Source: an uncultured Planctomycetaceae bacterium | GTDB lineage: Bacteria; Planctomycetota; Planctomycetia; Pirellulales; JAEUIK01 | Assembly (NCBI GenBank): GCA_964576465.1 | Contig: CAZNXE010000003.1 | Span: 7,047-55,105 of the forward strand | DNA: 48,059 bases | Reading direction: 5' to 3' | Part shown: piece by piece, positions 28,107-37,195 of the stretch | Numbering within the stretch: the stretch's first letter is position 1 | Layout: the number at the start of each line of letters is the position of its first letter | Position numbers and translations under genes: made by a program | The notes under the pieces: model-generated | Told to the model about the DNA's origin: nothing | What the model saw: only the letters and a program-made list of their open reading frames with translations | The model's database searches: none

Positions 28107-29522
28107 CTATTTCCTTGCCTTCTTGCGCGGTTTTCGTGGCGGTTCGTTCTTCCACCAGTCGGGGCCTTCGGCTAATACGGCGGCGTCGTGCTGGATGAGG
28201 GCCTGCTTCATTGCTTTGAATGTTTTCGGGTGCTCGCTGGCGAGATCCTTTGTCTCGTCACGATCTTCGCGAAGGTTGTACAGCTCGAACTGTGTTAAAT
28301 CGCTGGAGCCGATGATCTTCCAATCGCCATCTCGCAGGGCAACCACATACGGTTCGGGGGCCAGGTGGTTTCGCCAATACAGCGGCTCGCTACGCTCGAT
28401 TTGTTTGCCATCCAGGGCCGGCAGAAAGTTGGCTCCGTCGATCGTGCGATCCGAGGGGATGTCGATATCGACAATCGCGCACAGGGTTGTGAAAATGTCC
28501 GACCCGATGATGGGCTCATCGCTCTCGCGGTTGGGGGCGATGTGACCGGGCCACCGCATCAGCCCCGGAACGCGAATGCCACCTTCGTGCGAGTGTCGCT
28601 TCCGCCCCCGAAGCCCTCCGGTCGATCCGCGTGTTCGCCCACGTATTCCATCCCCTTCTGGTCCGTTGTCGGAGGTGAAGATGACCAGCGTATTGTCGCG
28701 ATAGCCCAGCTTGTCGAGCGACTTCATGAGCAAGCCGAACGCATGGTCAAGCTGTGTGACGTTGCCGTGATGCTGACGCAAGTCAGGGTCGTCTAGCTCG
28801 GCGTAAGGTGCCATGAACTTGGGTTGGCTTTCGATCGGCAAGTGTGGCTCGTGCGTCCACACATTCAAGAAGAAGGGCCGATCTGAATCCGACCGGTTTT
28901 CGAGCCAGCCGATGGCCTCTTCGACAATGAGAACCGAGCTGGCACCTTTCATCTCTCCCATGGGCTTGCCGTTGCGAACGAAGTTCACAGGGTTCACGTG
29001 ATTGGGCGCGGCATTGTTCTGCGTTGCCAGCCAGTGGTCGAAGCCATGATCGTTGGGCTGCGGATGTCGTGGATCGTTGAAATGTCCATTGAGATGCCAC
29101 TTCCCGACATGGCACGTGTCGTAACCTCGGCCTTTTAGTAACGAGGCGATCGTAATCTCACTCCGTCGCAGATGCACGTCGTGCCCTTCGGGAATCCATC
29201 GCCACACCCCGTTGCGATAGGGAGTTCGGCCCGTCAAGATTGCCGACCGCGATGGCGAACAAACCGAACACGCCGAATAACACTGCGAGAATCTGATGCC
29301 TTCGGTCGCAAAGCGATCCAGGTTCGGCGACTCAATCAGCGGATGTCCGTAACAACCCAAATCGCCATGGCCCATGTCGTCGACGAGAAAGACAACAAAG
29401 TTGGGCGTTTCGCCGGCAGCGGAGAGGCTCGATACGCAAGTGAACAACAGAAAGCCGACGAAGCAGCGGATGCGCTGTGCGAATGGACTCAAGGTGCTTT
29501 CCTCAATGGATGGCGATTTCAT
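28107..29522 (-). CDS. Formylglycine-dependent sulfatase (arylsulfatase family), secreted
   Basis: Signal peptide, FLVDDMGHGDLG, and the CSPSRSAILTGR sulfatase signature (C-x-P-x-R). The last ~17 codons (WWKNEPPRKPRKKARK*) are the repeated tail (DR3, 28096-28158). Confidence 0.9.
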   Translation of the reverse strand: MKSPSIEESTLSPFAQRIRCFVGFLLFTCVSSLSAAGETPNFVVFLVDDMGHGDLGCYGHPLIESPNLDRFATEGIRFSQCYSACSVCSPSRSAILTGRTPYRNGVWRWIPEGHDVHLRRSEITIASLLKGRGYDTCHVGKWHLNGHFNDPRHPQPNDHGFDHWLATQNNAAPNHVNPVNFVRNGKPMGEMKGASSVLIVEEAIGWLENRSDSDRPFFLNVWTHEPHLPIESQPKFMAPYAELDDPDLRQHHGNVTQLDHAFGLLMKSLDKLGYRDNTLVIFTSDNGPEGDGIRGRTRGSTGGLRGRKRHSHEGGIRVPGLMRWPGHIAPNRESDEPIIGSDIFTTLCAIVDIDIPSDRTIDGANFLPALDGKQIERSEPLYWRNHLAPEPYVVALRDGDWKIIGSSDLTQFELYNLREDRDETKDLASEHPKTFKAMKQALIQHDAAVLAEGPDWWKNEPPRKPRKKARK

Positions 29523-29539
29523 CGACAGAGTGCTCCTTT

Positions 29540-29661
29540 GGCGTGCGGTGAATGAGAATATACCAACCCGACGCGTGAGCGAGGGACCAACCGGTAATAC
29601 ACTGCGTTCCCTCGCTTACGCGTCGGGTTGTGATTGGTACATTCTCATTCGCCGCTCGCCT
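29540..29661. repeat. Family P nested palindromic element, copy B
   Basis: Fills the whole gap between the sulfatase start (29522) and the nagB-fusion stop (29661). Its inner ~100 nt is the reverse complement of copy A, while the outermost ~10-nt flanks are in the same orientation. Confidence 0.9.
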
Positions 29662-31574
29662 TACAACGGTTTCCCTTTCCAGCGAACGAAACCTTCCATT
29701 GCATAATACTCTGGCAGGCCCATGCGGTTGTAGGCATCGGCGGTGCCGCGGTTGCGGTCTTCGGCGCGCTGCCAGAATTCGCGGGGGTCGTCGGGGCCGG
29801 GGAACAGCGCGCTGTCCTTTTGCGATTCATGACGAAAGATGGCGGCCCGCTTTTGTTCCAAGTCGCGAGGGCTAAGTGGCACGGCAATCTCAATCTCGTC
29901 GGCCGGCCATTCTTGCCACGCTCCTCGATACAACATCACCTCGGGTCGGGTGTTGCCCTCTTGTTCGTACAATTGCAATGCCGAAAAAATCGCTTCGGCA
30001 CAAACCCGGTGCGTACCGTGAGGGTCTGAAAGATCGCCGGCGACATAGATTTGGTCGGGCCGCAGTTGGTTGAGCAGCTCGTGAATGATCCGCACGTCTT
30101 CATCACCTACGGGGTTCTTGGCAATGGTGCCCGTGCGGTAGAAGGGGAGGTCGAGAAAGTGCAGATGCTCTTCCTTGCAATCGCAAACCACGGCCGCGGC
30201 CTTGGCTTCACTCCAGCGAATGAGGGCCTTGATGTTGAGCACCTCATCGCTATCGGGCTCGCCAGGCGATTTGTTTGCCAGCGAATGCGTGACTCGGGAT
30301 TCGAGTTGTGGCGACTGTTCGGTATCGATACCAAAGGTTTGGTTGTATTCCGTCACCAGATCGGCCAAGCGTCGGGCATCGTGGTCGAACACGGCGATGT
30401 TCCCGCTCGTCATATACGCCACATGCACTTCGTGGCCATCTTCGGTCAAGCGAATCAATGTTCCGCCCATGCTGATCACGTCGTCGTCGGGGTGGGGACT
30501 GAAGCAGATCACCCGCTTTGAATCTTGTCCCGCTGGGTGATAGTCAATCGAATCCTGCAGCCAGCGAAACACACGATGGGCCACCTTTTGGGCCGGGCCG
30601 TGATGCCGCAGCAGTTGGTGCAGGTTGTGGTTGCGAAAGTCGTTGTCGTCCAACTTCAGCAGGGCCTTGCCTGTTTGTTCGCCAAGCCACAGCACGGCCC
30701 GTTTGATGAGCGGATCGGTCCAGTTCACATTCCCGAATTGCCACGGGGTTGCCTCTCCGGTGAGCTGCGCGGCAGCGGCCCTGTCGAGCAGCAGCGAAGC
30801 ATCGGGATGACCGTGAAGAAAACTGGCCGGCACGCGATCGCTCGGCGGTCCCTCGGCGGCGTCGCGAATGATGGCGGCCTTATGTTCCCCCAGCGCGATC
30901 AACATGATCTTGCGAGCACTCAAGATGGTGCCGATGCCCATGGTGATGGCGTTGGTTGGCACATTCTCCTCGCTAAAGAAGTCGCTCGAAGCATCTTTTC
31001 GAGTCAACGGGTCGAGCATGCAAAGTCGTGTGCGGCTGTTCGCCACGCTGAAGGGTTCGTTGAACCCAATGTGTCCGTTGCGGCCGATTCCCAGCAATTG
31101 CAAGTCGATGCCGCCGGCACTTTCGATGGCCGCCTCGTATCGCCGGCAAGCATCCGGCACGTTTTCCAGCGAGACGGTTCCGTCGGGAATATGGATGTTC
31201 TCACGCGGAATGTTCACGTGATCGAAAAAGTTCTCGAACATCCAGCGGTGGTAGCTCTGAAGCTGATCGGGTTGGATGCCAAAATACTCATCCAAATTGA
31301 ACGTCACGACGCGCGAAAAATCGAGCCCTTCCTCGCGGTGCATGCGGACCAGTTCGCGATAGATACCCAAGGGAGTCGAGCCGGTGGGGAGCCCCAACAC
31401 GGCTTTTTGCCCGATTGAATTGCGTTCGCGAACCAACGCGGCGATCGTTTCGGCCACATGTCGGGCCAAGTCGATATTTGAATCAAACGCATAGCAGGGA
31501 ATGCGCGTTCCCTGCACGACCCGGGCACTCTGCTGCGTGTTTGGAGCTTGCGTGGTTGCCATGAGAGAAGCCAT
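29661..31574 (-). CDS. nagB: Glucosamine-6-phosphate deaminase domain fused to a PIG-L/LmbE-type deacetylase domain
   Basis: N-terminal LGLPTGSTPLGIYRELV...FNLDEYFG...GIGRNGHIGFNEP (NagB). C-terminal CFSPHPDDDVISMGGTL (PIG-L). Start is set at ATG 31574 (MASLMATTQ...). The 881-aa track ORF extends antisense through the neighbouring gene. Confidence 0.85.
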   Translation of the reverse strand: MASLMATTQAPNTQQSARVVQGTRIPCYAFDSNIDLARHVAETIAALVRERNSIGQKAVLGLPTGSTPLGIYRELVRMHREEGLDFSRVVTFNLDEYFGIQPDQLQSYHRWMFENFFDHVNIPRENIHIPDGTVSLENVPDACRRYEAAIESAGGIDLQLLGIGRNGHIGFNEPFSVANSRTRLCMLDPLTRKDASSDFFSEENVPTNAITMGIGTILSARKIMLIALGEHKAAIIRDAAEGPPSDRVPASFLHGHPDASLLLDRAAAAQLTGEATPWQFGNVNWTDPLIKRAVLWLGEQTGKALLKLDDNDFRNHNLHQLLRHHGPAQKVAHRVFRWLQDSIDYHPAGQDSKRVICFSPHPDDDVISMGGTLIRLTEDGHEVHVAYMTSGNIAVFDHDARRLADLVTEYNQTFGIDTEQSPQLESRVTHSLANKSPGEPDSDEVLNIKALIRWSEAKAAAVVCDCKEEHLHFLDLPFYRTGTIAKNPVGDEDVRIIHELLNQLRPDQIYVAGDLSDPHGTHRVCAEAIFSALQLYEQEGNTRPEVMLYRGAWQEWPADEIEIAVPLSPRDLEQKRAAIFRHESQKDSALFPGPDDPREFWQRAEDRNRGTADAYNRMGLPEYYAMEGFVRWKGKPL

Positions 31575-31688
31575 GCTCGATATTGCTAGACTTTGTAGTT
31601 GAGCCCTGACCGAACCCAGCAGTATCGCAAAATTGGCCGCGGAATTCCATGGCCAGAGCCTAAACCACCCCGTGGGAGCGAATGATCG

Positions 31689-32504
31689 ATGGCGGAAATT
31701 GCACCAAACTCCAGTTCTGCGGTCGCTGGCAAACAGCCTCGTCTGAGCGTGCTGGCCATTCACGCCCACCCAGACGATATCGAGTTTCAATGTGCCGGCA
31801 CACTCGCACTGTTGGCCGAAGCGGGCCATACGATCGCCATCGCGTCGATGACCCCAGGCGATTGTGGTAGCCGCGATTTGAGCGCGGAGGAGATCGCCCG
31901 GGTGAGGCGTGGCGAAGGGCAACGGGCAGCCGCTTTGATCGGGGCGAGCTACGAGTGTCTGGAGTTTCGCGATTTGAGCATCGTGATCGACAACGACGCG
32001 AAGCAGCGCGTGACCGAAGCGATTCGACGCCACCGACCCGATGTCGTGTTCACCGCGCCGCCGGTGGACTACATGGACGATCACGAAGCCACCAGCCGCT
32101 TGGTTCGGGATGCGTGTTTCAACGCCAGTTGCCCCAACTATGCCACCAGGCAGTGGGATCCGGCTCCGGCGACGGACACCATTCCGCATCTGTACTATGT
32201 CGACCCGATCGAAGGGGTCGACTACTGGGGCGAGCATGTCATCCCGCACTTCTACATCGACATTAGCAAAACGTTCGACCAAAAGCGCGCGATGCTGGCT
32301 TGCCACGACAGCCAGCGCTCGTGGCTACGCGCCCAACACGGTGTCGACGAGTATCTCGAATCGCAGCACCGCTGGAGCGCGGCCCGAGGGTCGGAGATCG
32401 GCGTGCCGCTGGCCGAAGCCTTCCGGCAACACCGCGGACATCCTTACCCCGGCGACAATCTCCTTGAACAACTGCTAGGCTCGCTGGTGAAAGTTCGCGG
32501 TTGA
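31689..32504 (+). CDS. PIG-L/LmbE-family N-acetylglucosaminyl deacetylase
   Basis: LSVLAIHAHPDDIEFQCAGTLALL plus downstream HEATSRLVRDA and CHDSQ blocks. Confidence 0.8.
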   Translation: MAEIAPNSSSAVAGKQPRLSVLAIHAHPDDIEFQCAGTLALLAEAGHTIAIASMTPGDCGSRDLSAEEIARVRRGEGQRAAALIGASYECLEFRDLSIVIDNDAKQRVTEAIRRHRPDVVFTAPPVDYMDDHEATSRLVRDACFNASCPNYATRQWDPAPATDTIPHLYYVDPIEGVDYWGEHVIPHFYIDISKTFDQKRAMLACHDSQRSWLRAQHGVDEYLESQHRWSAARGSEIGVPLAEAFRQHRGHPYPGDNLLEQLLGSLVKVRG

Positions 32505-32524
32505 GAGACGCTTACTCAGCATTA

Positions 32525-32856
32525 AGCCACCAGCTCTGCCGGTGATCATTCATGATTCTGCCGTTTCGGCGGCAGTAACCGCGAAGCGGTTCAACAACAA
32601 AGCCCAGGGTAAGCGGCGCAGCCGTGCCACCCTGGGTCGGGGTTCCACCACCAAGGACATACCCTGAAAGGGTATCACGATTGCCGAGCCTGTTGTTCAA
32701 CCCTTTCAGGGTTGGTGTCGGATTGTTGTCGGCTACCCAGAGTGGCGCTCCGCTTACTCTGGGCTTTGTTGTTGTACCCCTGCGGGGTAATTTCCGCTTG
32801 TACATCTGCCCCCTTTTTTCGAGGGCTTCCTCTAGCCACCAGCTCTGCTGTTGGTG
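32525..32856. repeat. Composite cluster of nested inverted repeats (family Q) between convergent genes, bounded by ~20-nt direct repeats
   Basis: Direct repeats AGCCACCAGCTCTGC(C/T)G..TGGTG at 32525-32544 and 32834-32856. About 55-nt inverted arms at 32576-32634 and 32735-32790 (…TTCAACAACAAAGCCCAGGGTAAGCGG… / …CCGCTTACTCTGGGCTTTGTTGTTGTA…). Several small perfect hairpins are also present. Confidence 0.8.
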
Positions 32857-32890
32857 TGTGACTCTTTCGGCTCACCACACTACATCGACG

Positions 32891-34030
32891 TTACGTGGTC
32901 ACCAGTAGATTATCGCGGTGGATTGCTTCGTCGTAGGGGCAACTGCCCAAGACGTCGGCGATGGCGTCGGTATGGAGTCCTTTGATTTGCTGCATGTCAG
33001 ACAGGGGGTAGTTGATTAACCCTCGGGCGAATTCCACTCCGCTGGTGTCTCGCAACGCCACGACATCGCCCGATCGAAAGTCACCACCGCAATCAGTCAC
33101 TCCGATCGGCAACAAACTACGCCCTTGCTGCTGGACCGCTCGACGGGCTCCGTCATCGAGCACGAGGAATCCACGCGGTTGCACGGTGTAGCCGATCCAT
33201 CGTTTTCGGGCCGTTATCGAAGCGCCTTGGGCGAGAAATAGCGTGCCCACGGGTTCGGCGGCCAGAATTCGTTGCAGTGTGTCGGGGCGTCGTCCGCTGG
33301 CGATGATGACGTTCTCACCGGCACGCGTGGCGATGCTTGCGGCCAAGAGTTTGCTGGCCATGCCCCCTTTGCTATGGGCCCGGCTCCGATCGTTGACATA
33401 CGACCAGGTCGTATCATCCAATTCCGTCACCGTTGGAATCACTTTAGAACCCGGGTCGGCTGGGTCTCCGTCGTACAGGCCATCGACATCCGAAAGAATG
33501 ATGAGCAGTGGAGCCCGCAACAGGTTGGTCACCAGCGCGGCCAGTCGGTCGTTGTCGCCGAACGAGGTCTGAAACTCCTCGACACTGACCGTGTCGTTCT
33601 CGTTGATGATCGGGATCGCACCGTTTTCAAACAGTGCCAGAATGGTGTTTCGTACGTTCAGATAGCGTGTTCGATCGTCGAGATCTGCCGCGGTAAGCAG
33701 AAGCTGAGCCGCGTGATGGCCGTGTGCCCTGAGATGACGGTCGTAGGCTTGCACCAAGAAAGATTGCCCGATGGCCGCCACGGCCTGTAGCTGGGGCAGT
33801 CTTTGTGGGCGTTGCACCATGCCAAGCTGGCCCATTCCTGCCCCCACCGCCCCGGAGCTGACCAATGCGACACGCCGTTTGGCGGCGATCATGAGGTCGA
33901 TTTGCTCGGCCAGCTTGCCGATCTGAGCGTCGTCCAGCGTGCCGTTGTCGCACGACAACACACGGGTGCCAACCTTCACGACAATCGTGTCGGCAGCCGT
34001 AATAATTTCTTGACGCAATAGATCAGTCAT
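32891..34030 (-). CDS. proB: Glutamate 5-kinase (with a C-terminal PUA domain)
   Basis: VVKVGTRVL, VALVSSGAVGAGM, IINENDTV, plus a PUA-like C-terminus. Confidence 0.9.
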   Translation of the reverse strand: MTDLLRQEIITAADTIVVKVGTRVLSCDNGTLDDAQIGKLAEQIDLMIAAKRRVALVSSGAVGAGMGQLGMVQRPQRLPQLQAVAAIGQSFLVQAYDRHLRAHGHHAAQLLLTAADLDDRTRYLNVRNTILALFENGAIPIINENDTVSVEEFQTSFGDNDRLAALVTNLLRAPLLIILSDVDGLYDGDPADPGSKVIPTVTELDDTTWSYVNDRSRAHSKGGMASKLLAASIATRAGENVIIASGRRPDTLQRILAAEPVGTLFLAQGASITARKRWIGYTVQPRGFLVLDDGARRAVQQQGRSLLPIGVTDCGGDFRSGDVVALRDTSGVEFARGLINYPLSDMQQIKGLHTDAIADVLGSCPYDEAIHRDNLLVTT

Positions 34031-34503
34031 ACTTGTTCGATGGCGTGTGGTGGAACGGGGCGATCAATCAATCGTGCTTACAAGATCGTGAATCATGGCC
34101 AGCTTCACGTTAATCCGACTCGATTTCCCTGGCCAATGTTCGCGGCATCTCGTGGGCAACTCCCGCCGACAGAATACCCCCGGCCCTCTGGAGGAGAAAG
34201 GCAGCCTTTGTCGAGATGGCTGAGTGTCTCGATACGCCGGTTTTTAGCGGCCCCTGTAAGGACTTAGAACGGTGATGGCCGATTATACTGAATCGTGTGC
34301 GCCCGCTTGGTTGTCGGCGACGGGCACTGTTCGTAGAATGCCATGGTAAGGTCCGATTCCGGCGCCGCTTCGATCGTTGCGATGGATCGTCGCCGGGATT
34401 CTTTTGAGATCGCTTCTCGCCACATGCCCTCCAGACAACGTGCCCCACAGCGAATCGCTACTTTGTGGGGGCCCCAACGCACGATACCCGCACTGAGGCT
34501 ACC

Positions 34504-36141
34504 ATGAGCGGACCCCAGCACGAATGCGGTGTCGCCGCGATTTATCACCTACCGGGTGAGCCGAGCCCGTTGTGTCCTAAGCAGGGGCCCGATCAGGTCT
34601 CGCGTCTCATGCCGCGGATGTTGCTCGATATCCAGAATCGGGGACAGCTCTCGGCGGGCTTTACCACCTTCAGCGCGAAGCGGGACCAACTGATCGATAC
34701 CCACAAGCGATTGGGGGTGGTCAGCGAAGCGTTTCGCATGAACCATCAGGCCAAGCATGAAAGCCTGATGAAAGAATATGCCGGGCGTGCGGCGATTGGC
34801 CATGTGCGATACGCCACCTGTGGGGCCGAAGACCGCAGTTACGCGCAACCCTTCGAGCGCCATCATCTTCAAAAGCACAAGTGGTTCAGCTTTGCTTTCA
34901 ATGGCCAGTTGGCGAACTACGACCAGTTGCGTGACGAACTACTGGCCGACGACGACAACTTCCTCGCCCGGGAGACCGACACTGAAATCATCATGCACCA
35001 CATCAGCCACGCGCTCTCGGGCGATTCACGGCTATCGCTGGTCGAGGTCTGTAGCGAAATCTGTCAACGGTTCGACGGTGCCTACAGCTTCGCGCTAATC
35101 GACGCGCTGGGCAACATGGTTGTGGCGCGCGACCCGTTGGGCATCAAGCCCATGTGCTATGCTCGCGAAGGAAACCTCTTCGCGGCGGCTAGCGAGAGCG
35201 TCGCTCTGTTAAACCTCGGATTCGCGGCTGAAAGTATTCAGGCATTGCGTCCCGGGCAAGCAATATCCATCACCGACGGGCGGTTCGAAGTACGTCAGTT
35301 CGCGCGTAGCTCGGGCTCGGCACATTGCTTTTTTGAGTGGATCTATTTCGCCAATGTAGCCAGCACATTGGACGATCGCAGTGTCTATCTGTCGCGCAAG
35401 GCCTTGGGCGAAGAGCTGGCCCGATTGGAAGATGTCGAGATCGACGACGACACGATCGTGGTGCCGGTGCCCGACACGAGCAAGGCAGCGGCCGACGCAA
35501 TGGCCTACAAGCTTCGCGTCCCCTCGCTCGAAGGTCTGATTCGTAACCGGTACACGGGGCGTTCGTTCATCGAAGGTGCGTCCAATCGACACCAGAAGGC
35601 AAAGCTAAAGTACACCCCGCTGCGGCATGTTCTCGAAGGCAAGCGGGTGTTGCTGGTCGAGGATTCGATCGTTCGATCAACAACGATGAACGTTCTGGTC
35701 GAGCGCATTCGCGATCTGGGCGGAGCACGCGAGATTCATGTCCGCGTTGCCTGCCCGCCAATCGTCGCGCCATGCTTTTATGGCATCGATATGTCGACCG
35801 TGAACGAGCTGTTTGCACCCCGATTCATGAAGGGTCAGCCCTTAACCGAGGCAATGCAGGCAGAGATGGCAGCCGAGCTAAAGGCCGATTCGCTACGCTA
35901 TTTGCCCATCGAGTCAATCGCCAGGGCGATCGAATTCGATAGCGACCAACTCTGCCAAGCCTGCATCACTGGCCGTTACCCAACCAAGCGGGGACAGGAA
36001 CTTTACCAGTTGGATCAAGACGATTGGTTGAAGAACGGCGCGCGAAAGTCTGACACACGGACCTACGAACGAGGCGAATCGCCCAACGGAAACGGAAGGC
36101 CCTGCTCGGAAAAGTCTGAACCAACTCGCCGCGAGACCTAA
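34504..36141 (+). CDS. purF: Amidophosphoribosyltransferase
   Basis: [14 protein letters not shown] (N-terminal nucleophile Cys after a short propeptide), a PRTase loop [13 protein letters not shown], and CxxxxxC cluster residues. Start ATG 34504. Confidence 0.9.
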   Translation: MSGPQHECGVAAIYHLPGEPSPLCPKQGPDQVSRLMPRMLLDIQNRGQLSAGFTTFSAKRDQLIDTHKRLGVVSEAFRMNHQAKHESLMKEYAGRAAIGHVRYATCGAEDRSYAQPFERHHLQKHKWFSFAFNGQLANYDQLRDELLADDDNFLARETDTEIIMHHISHALSGDSRLSLVEVCSEICQRFDGAYSFALIDALGNMVVARDPLGIKPMCYAREGNLFAAASESVALLNLGFAAESIQALRPGQAISITDGRFEVRQFARSSGSAHCFFEWIYFANVASTLDDRSVYLSRKALGEELARLEDVEIDDDTIVVPVPDTSKAAADAMAYKLRVPSLEGLIRNRYTGRSFIEGASNRHQKAKLKYTPLRHVLEGKRVLLVEDSIVRSTTMNVLVERIRDLGGAREIHVRVACPPIVAPCFYGIDMSTVNELFAPRFMKGQPLTEAMQAEMAAELKADSLRYLPIESIARAIEFDSDQLCQACITGRYPTKRGQELYQLDQDDWLKNGARKSDTRTYERGESPNGNGRPCSEKSEPTRRET

Positions 36142-36176
36142 CTGCGGTACGCCACCCCCGCAAGCTGCTCCGGCAG

Positions 36177-36806
36177 CTAGATGGCCACATCGATCGATCC
36201 GGCATCGGCGCCGGCTGAAACCCGGGCGAATTTTTCCAGCCACTCAAGCGTCTCGCGTGAAGGGGCCAGTGCGGCACTGTTGTCAGCCGGTTTGATCCCA
36301 TTGCGAGCAGCACGCTTGTTCAAGCGATCCAGTTCATCAGTTCGCTCTTGAATGCGGTCGCTGAAGAACTCGACCAGATCGATCGGTTCGTCCGAGGGGA
36401 TATTCGCCCCGTCTAACTCCAGCCGAACGAGTGACAGCAGGCGAAGTTGCTCGTCGTCAATCACACCTTCACTACGCAATTCGCCCAGCAATGCGGAATA
36501 CTCGCGAGGGGTGATCGATTTCACGTCGTAACGGCTCAGCACTTCGCGAAACGTATCACTCGTCGAAGTCGGTGGACCACCACCCTTTGGTGTCCCACCG
36601 GCGCCGGGGCTCGAGATGGGCGGGGCATTGGCTGATCGCGGAGTCGAAAACCCGGGCGTGCCGGAGTTGCTAGCGAAGAGGCTACCGATTTGCATTCGTC
36701 TGTCCTTGGACGACCCTGTTTGAAAAACAACCGCCATGACTCCTACTAGCAAAACAAGTGCCAAGAGTGAGACATACGACACTCGCGAGCGAAACGGAGT
36801 CGCCAT
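36177..36806 (-). CDS. Hypothetical membrane-anchored protein with a Gly/Pro/Ser-rich linker
   Basis: Start at MATPFRSRVSYVSLLALVLLVGVMAVVF (TM anchor). Upstream in-frame ATGs (36872, 36941) are possible. No family recognised. Confidence 0.5.
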   Translation of the reverse strand: MATPFRSRVSYVSLLALVLLVGVMAVVFQTGSSKDRRMQIGSLFASNSGTPGFSTPRSANAPPISSPGAGGTPKGGGPPTSTSDTFREVLSRYDVKSITPREYSALLGELRSEGVIDDEQLRLLSLVRLELDGANIPSDEPIDLVEFFSDRIQERTDELDRLNKRAARNGIKPADNSAALAPSRETLEWLEKFARVSAGADAGSIDVAI

Positions 36807-36990
36807 GGCCCCTGATTCATGGACTATTCCGTGATATGATCGACGAGATGCTTTGAAATAGTTCGTCGTCATCAACGCTAGCGAGTGGCGAATTCTGCCG
36901 GTTGATTCCAGTCTTGTCCGGCAACGGAGGAATGTTCGCATTCGTTTAGGGTCTGTCCGTGTTTCGGTGCGAGTGCATCAGGTCGCCCCT

Positions 36991-37113
36991 AGGCGAGCGG
37001 CGAATGAGAATATCCCAACCCGACGCGTGAGCGAGGGAACGCAGGGTATTGCCGGTTGGTCCCTCGCTCACGCGTCGGGTTGGGATTGGTACGTTCTTAT
37101 CTGCTGCACGCCG
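36991..37113. repeat. Family P nested palindromic element, copy C
   Basis: Same arms as copies A/B, but the 21-nt loop is inverted relative to the arms (see findings). Confidence 0.9.
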
Positions 37114-37195
37114 CCTTGCAGGGCAATAGCATGGCGAATCGGAACGGGACTCCTTACCATGCGTACTTCATCAGTTCCTCTCCAAGCGAGGCCCC

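Noticed and set aside
31575-32306. N-terminal 244 codons of the 881-aa minus-strand track ORF (29661-32306)
   Set aside because: This part runs antisense through the well-supported PIG-L deacetylase gene (31689-32504) and has Arg/Val/His-rich shadow-frame composition. NagB homology begins right after ATG 31574, so the long ORF is a high-GC read-through artefact.
34031-34503. Possible riboswitch or leader in the 470-nt divergent proB/purF spacer, plus track ORFs 34110-34448 and 34264-34548
   Set aside because: I could not recognise ZTP, purine, PRPP or other purine-pathway riboswitch cores. The ORFs overlap the purF start or have shadow-like composition. A covariance-model scan would be needed, so I left the region unannotated.
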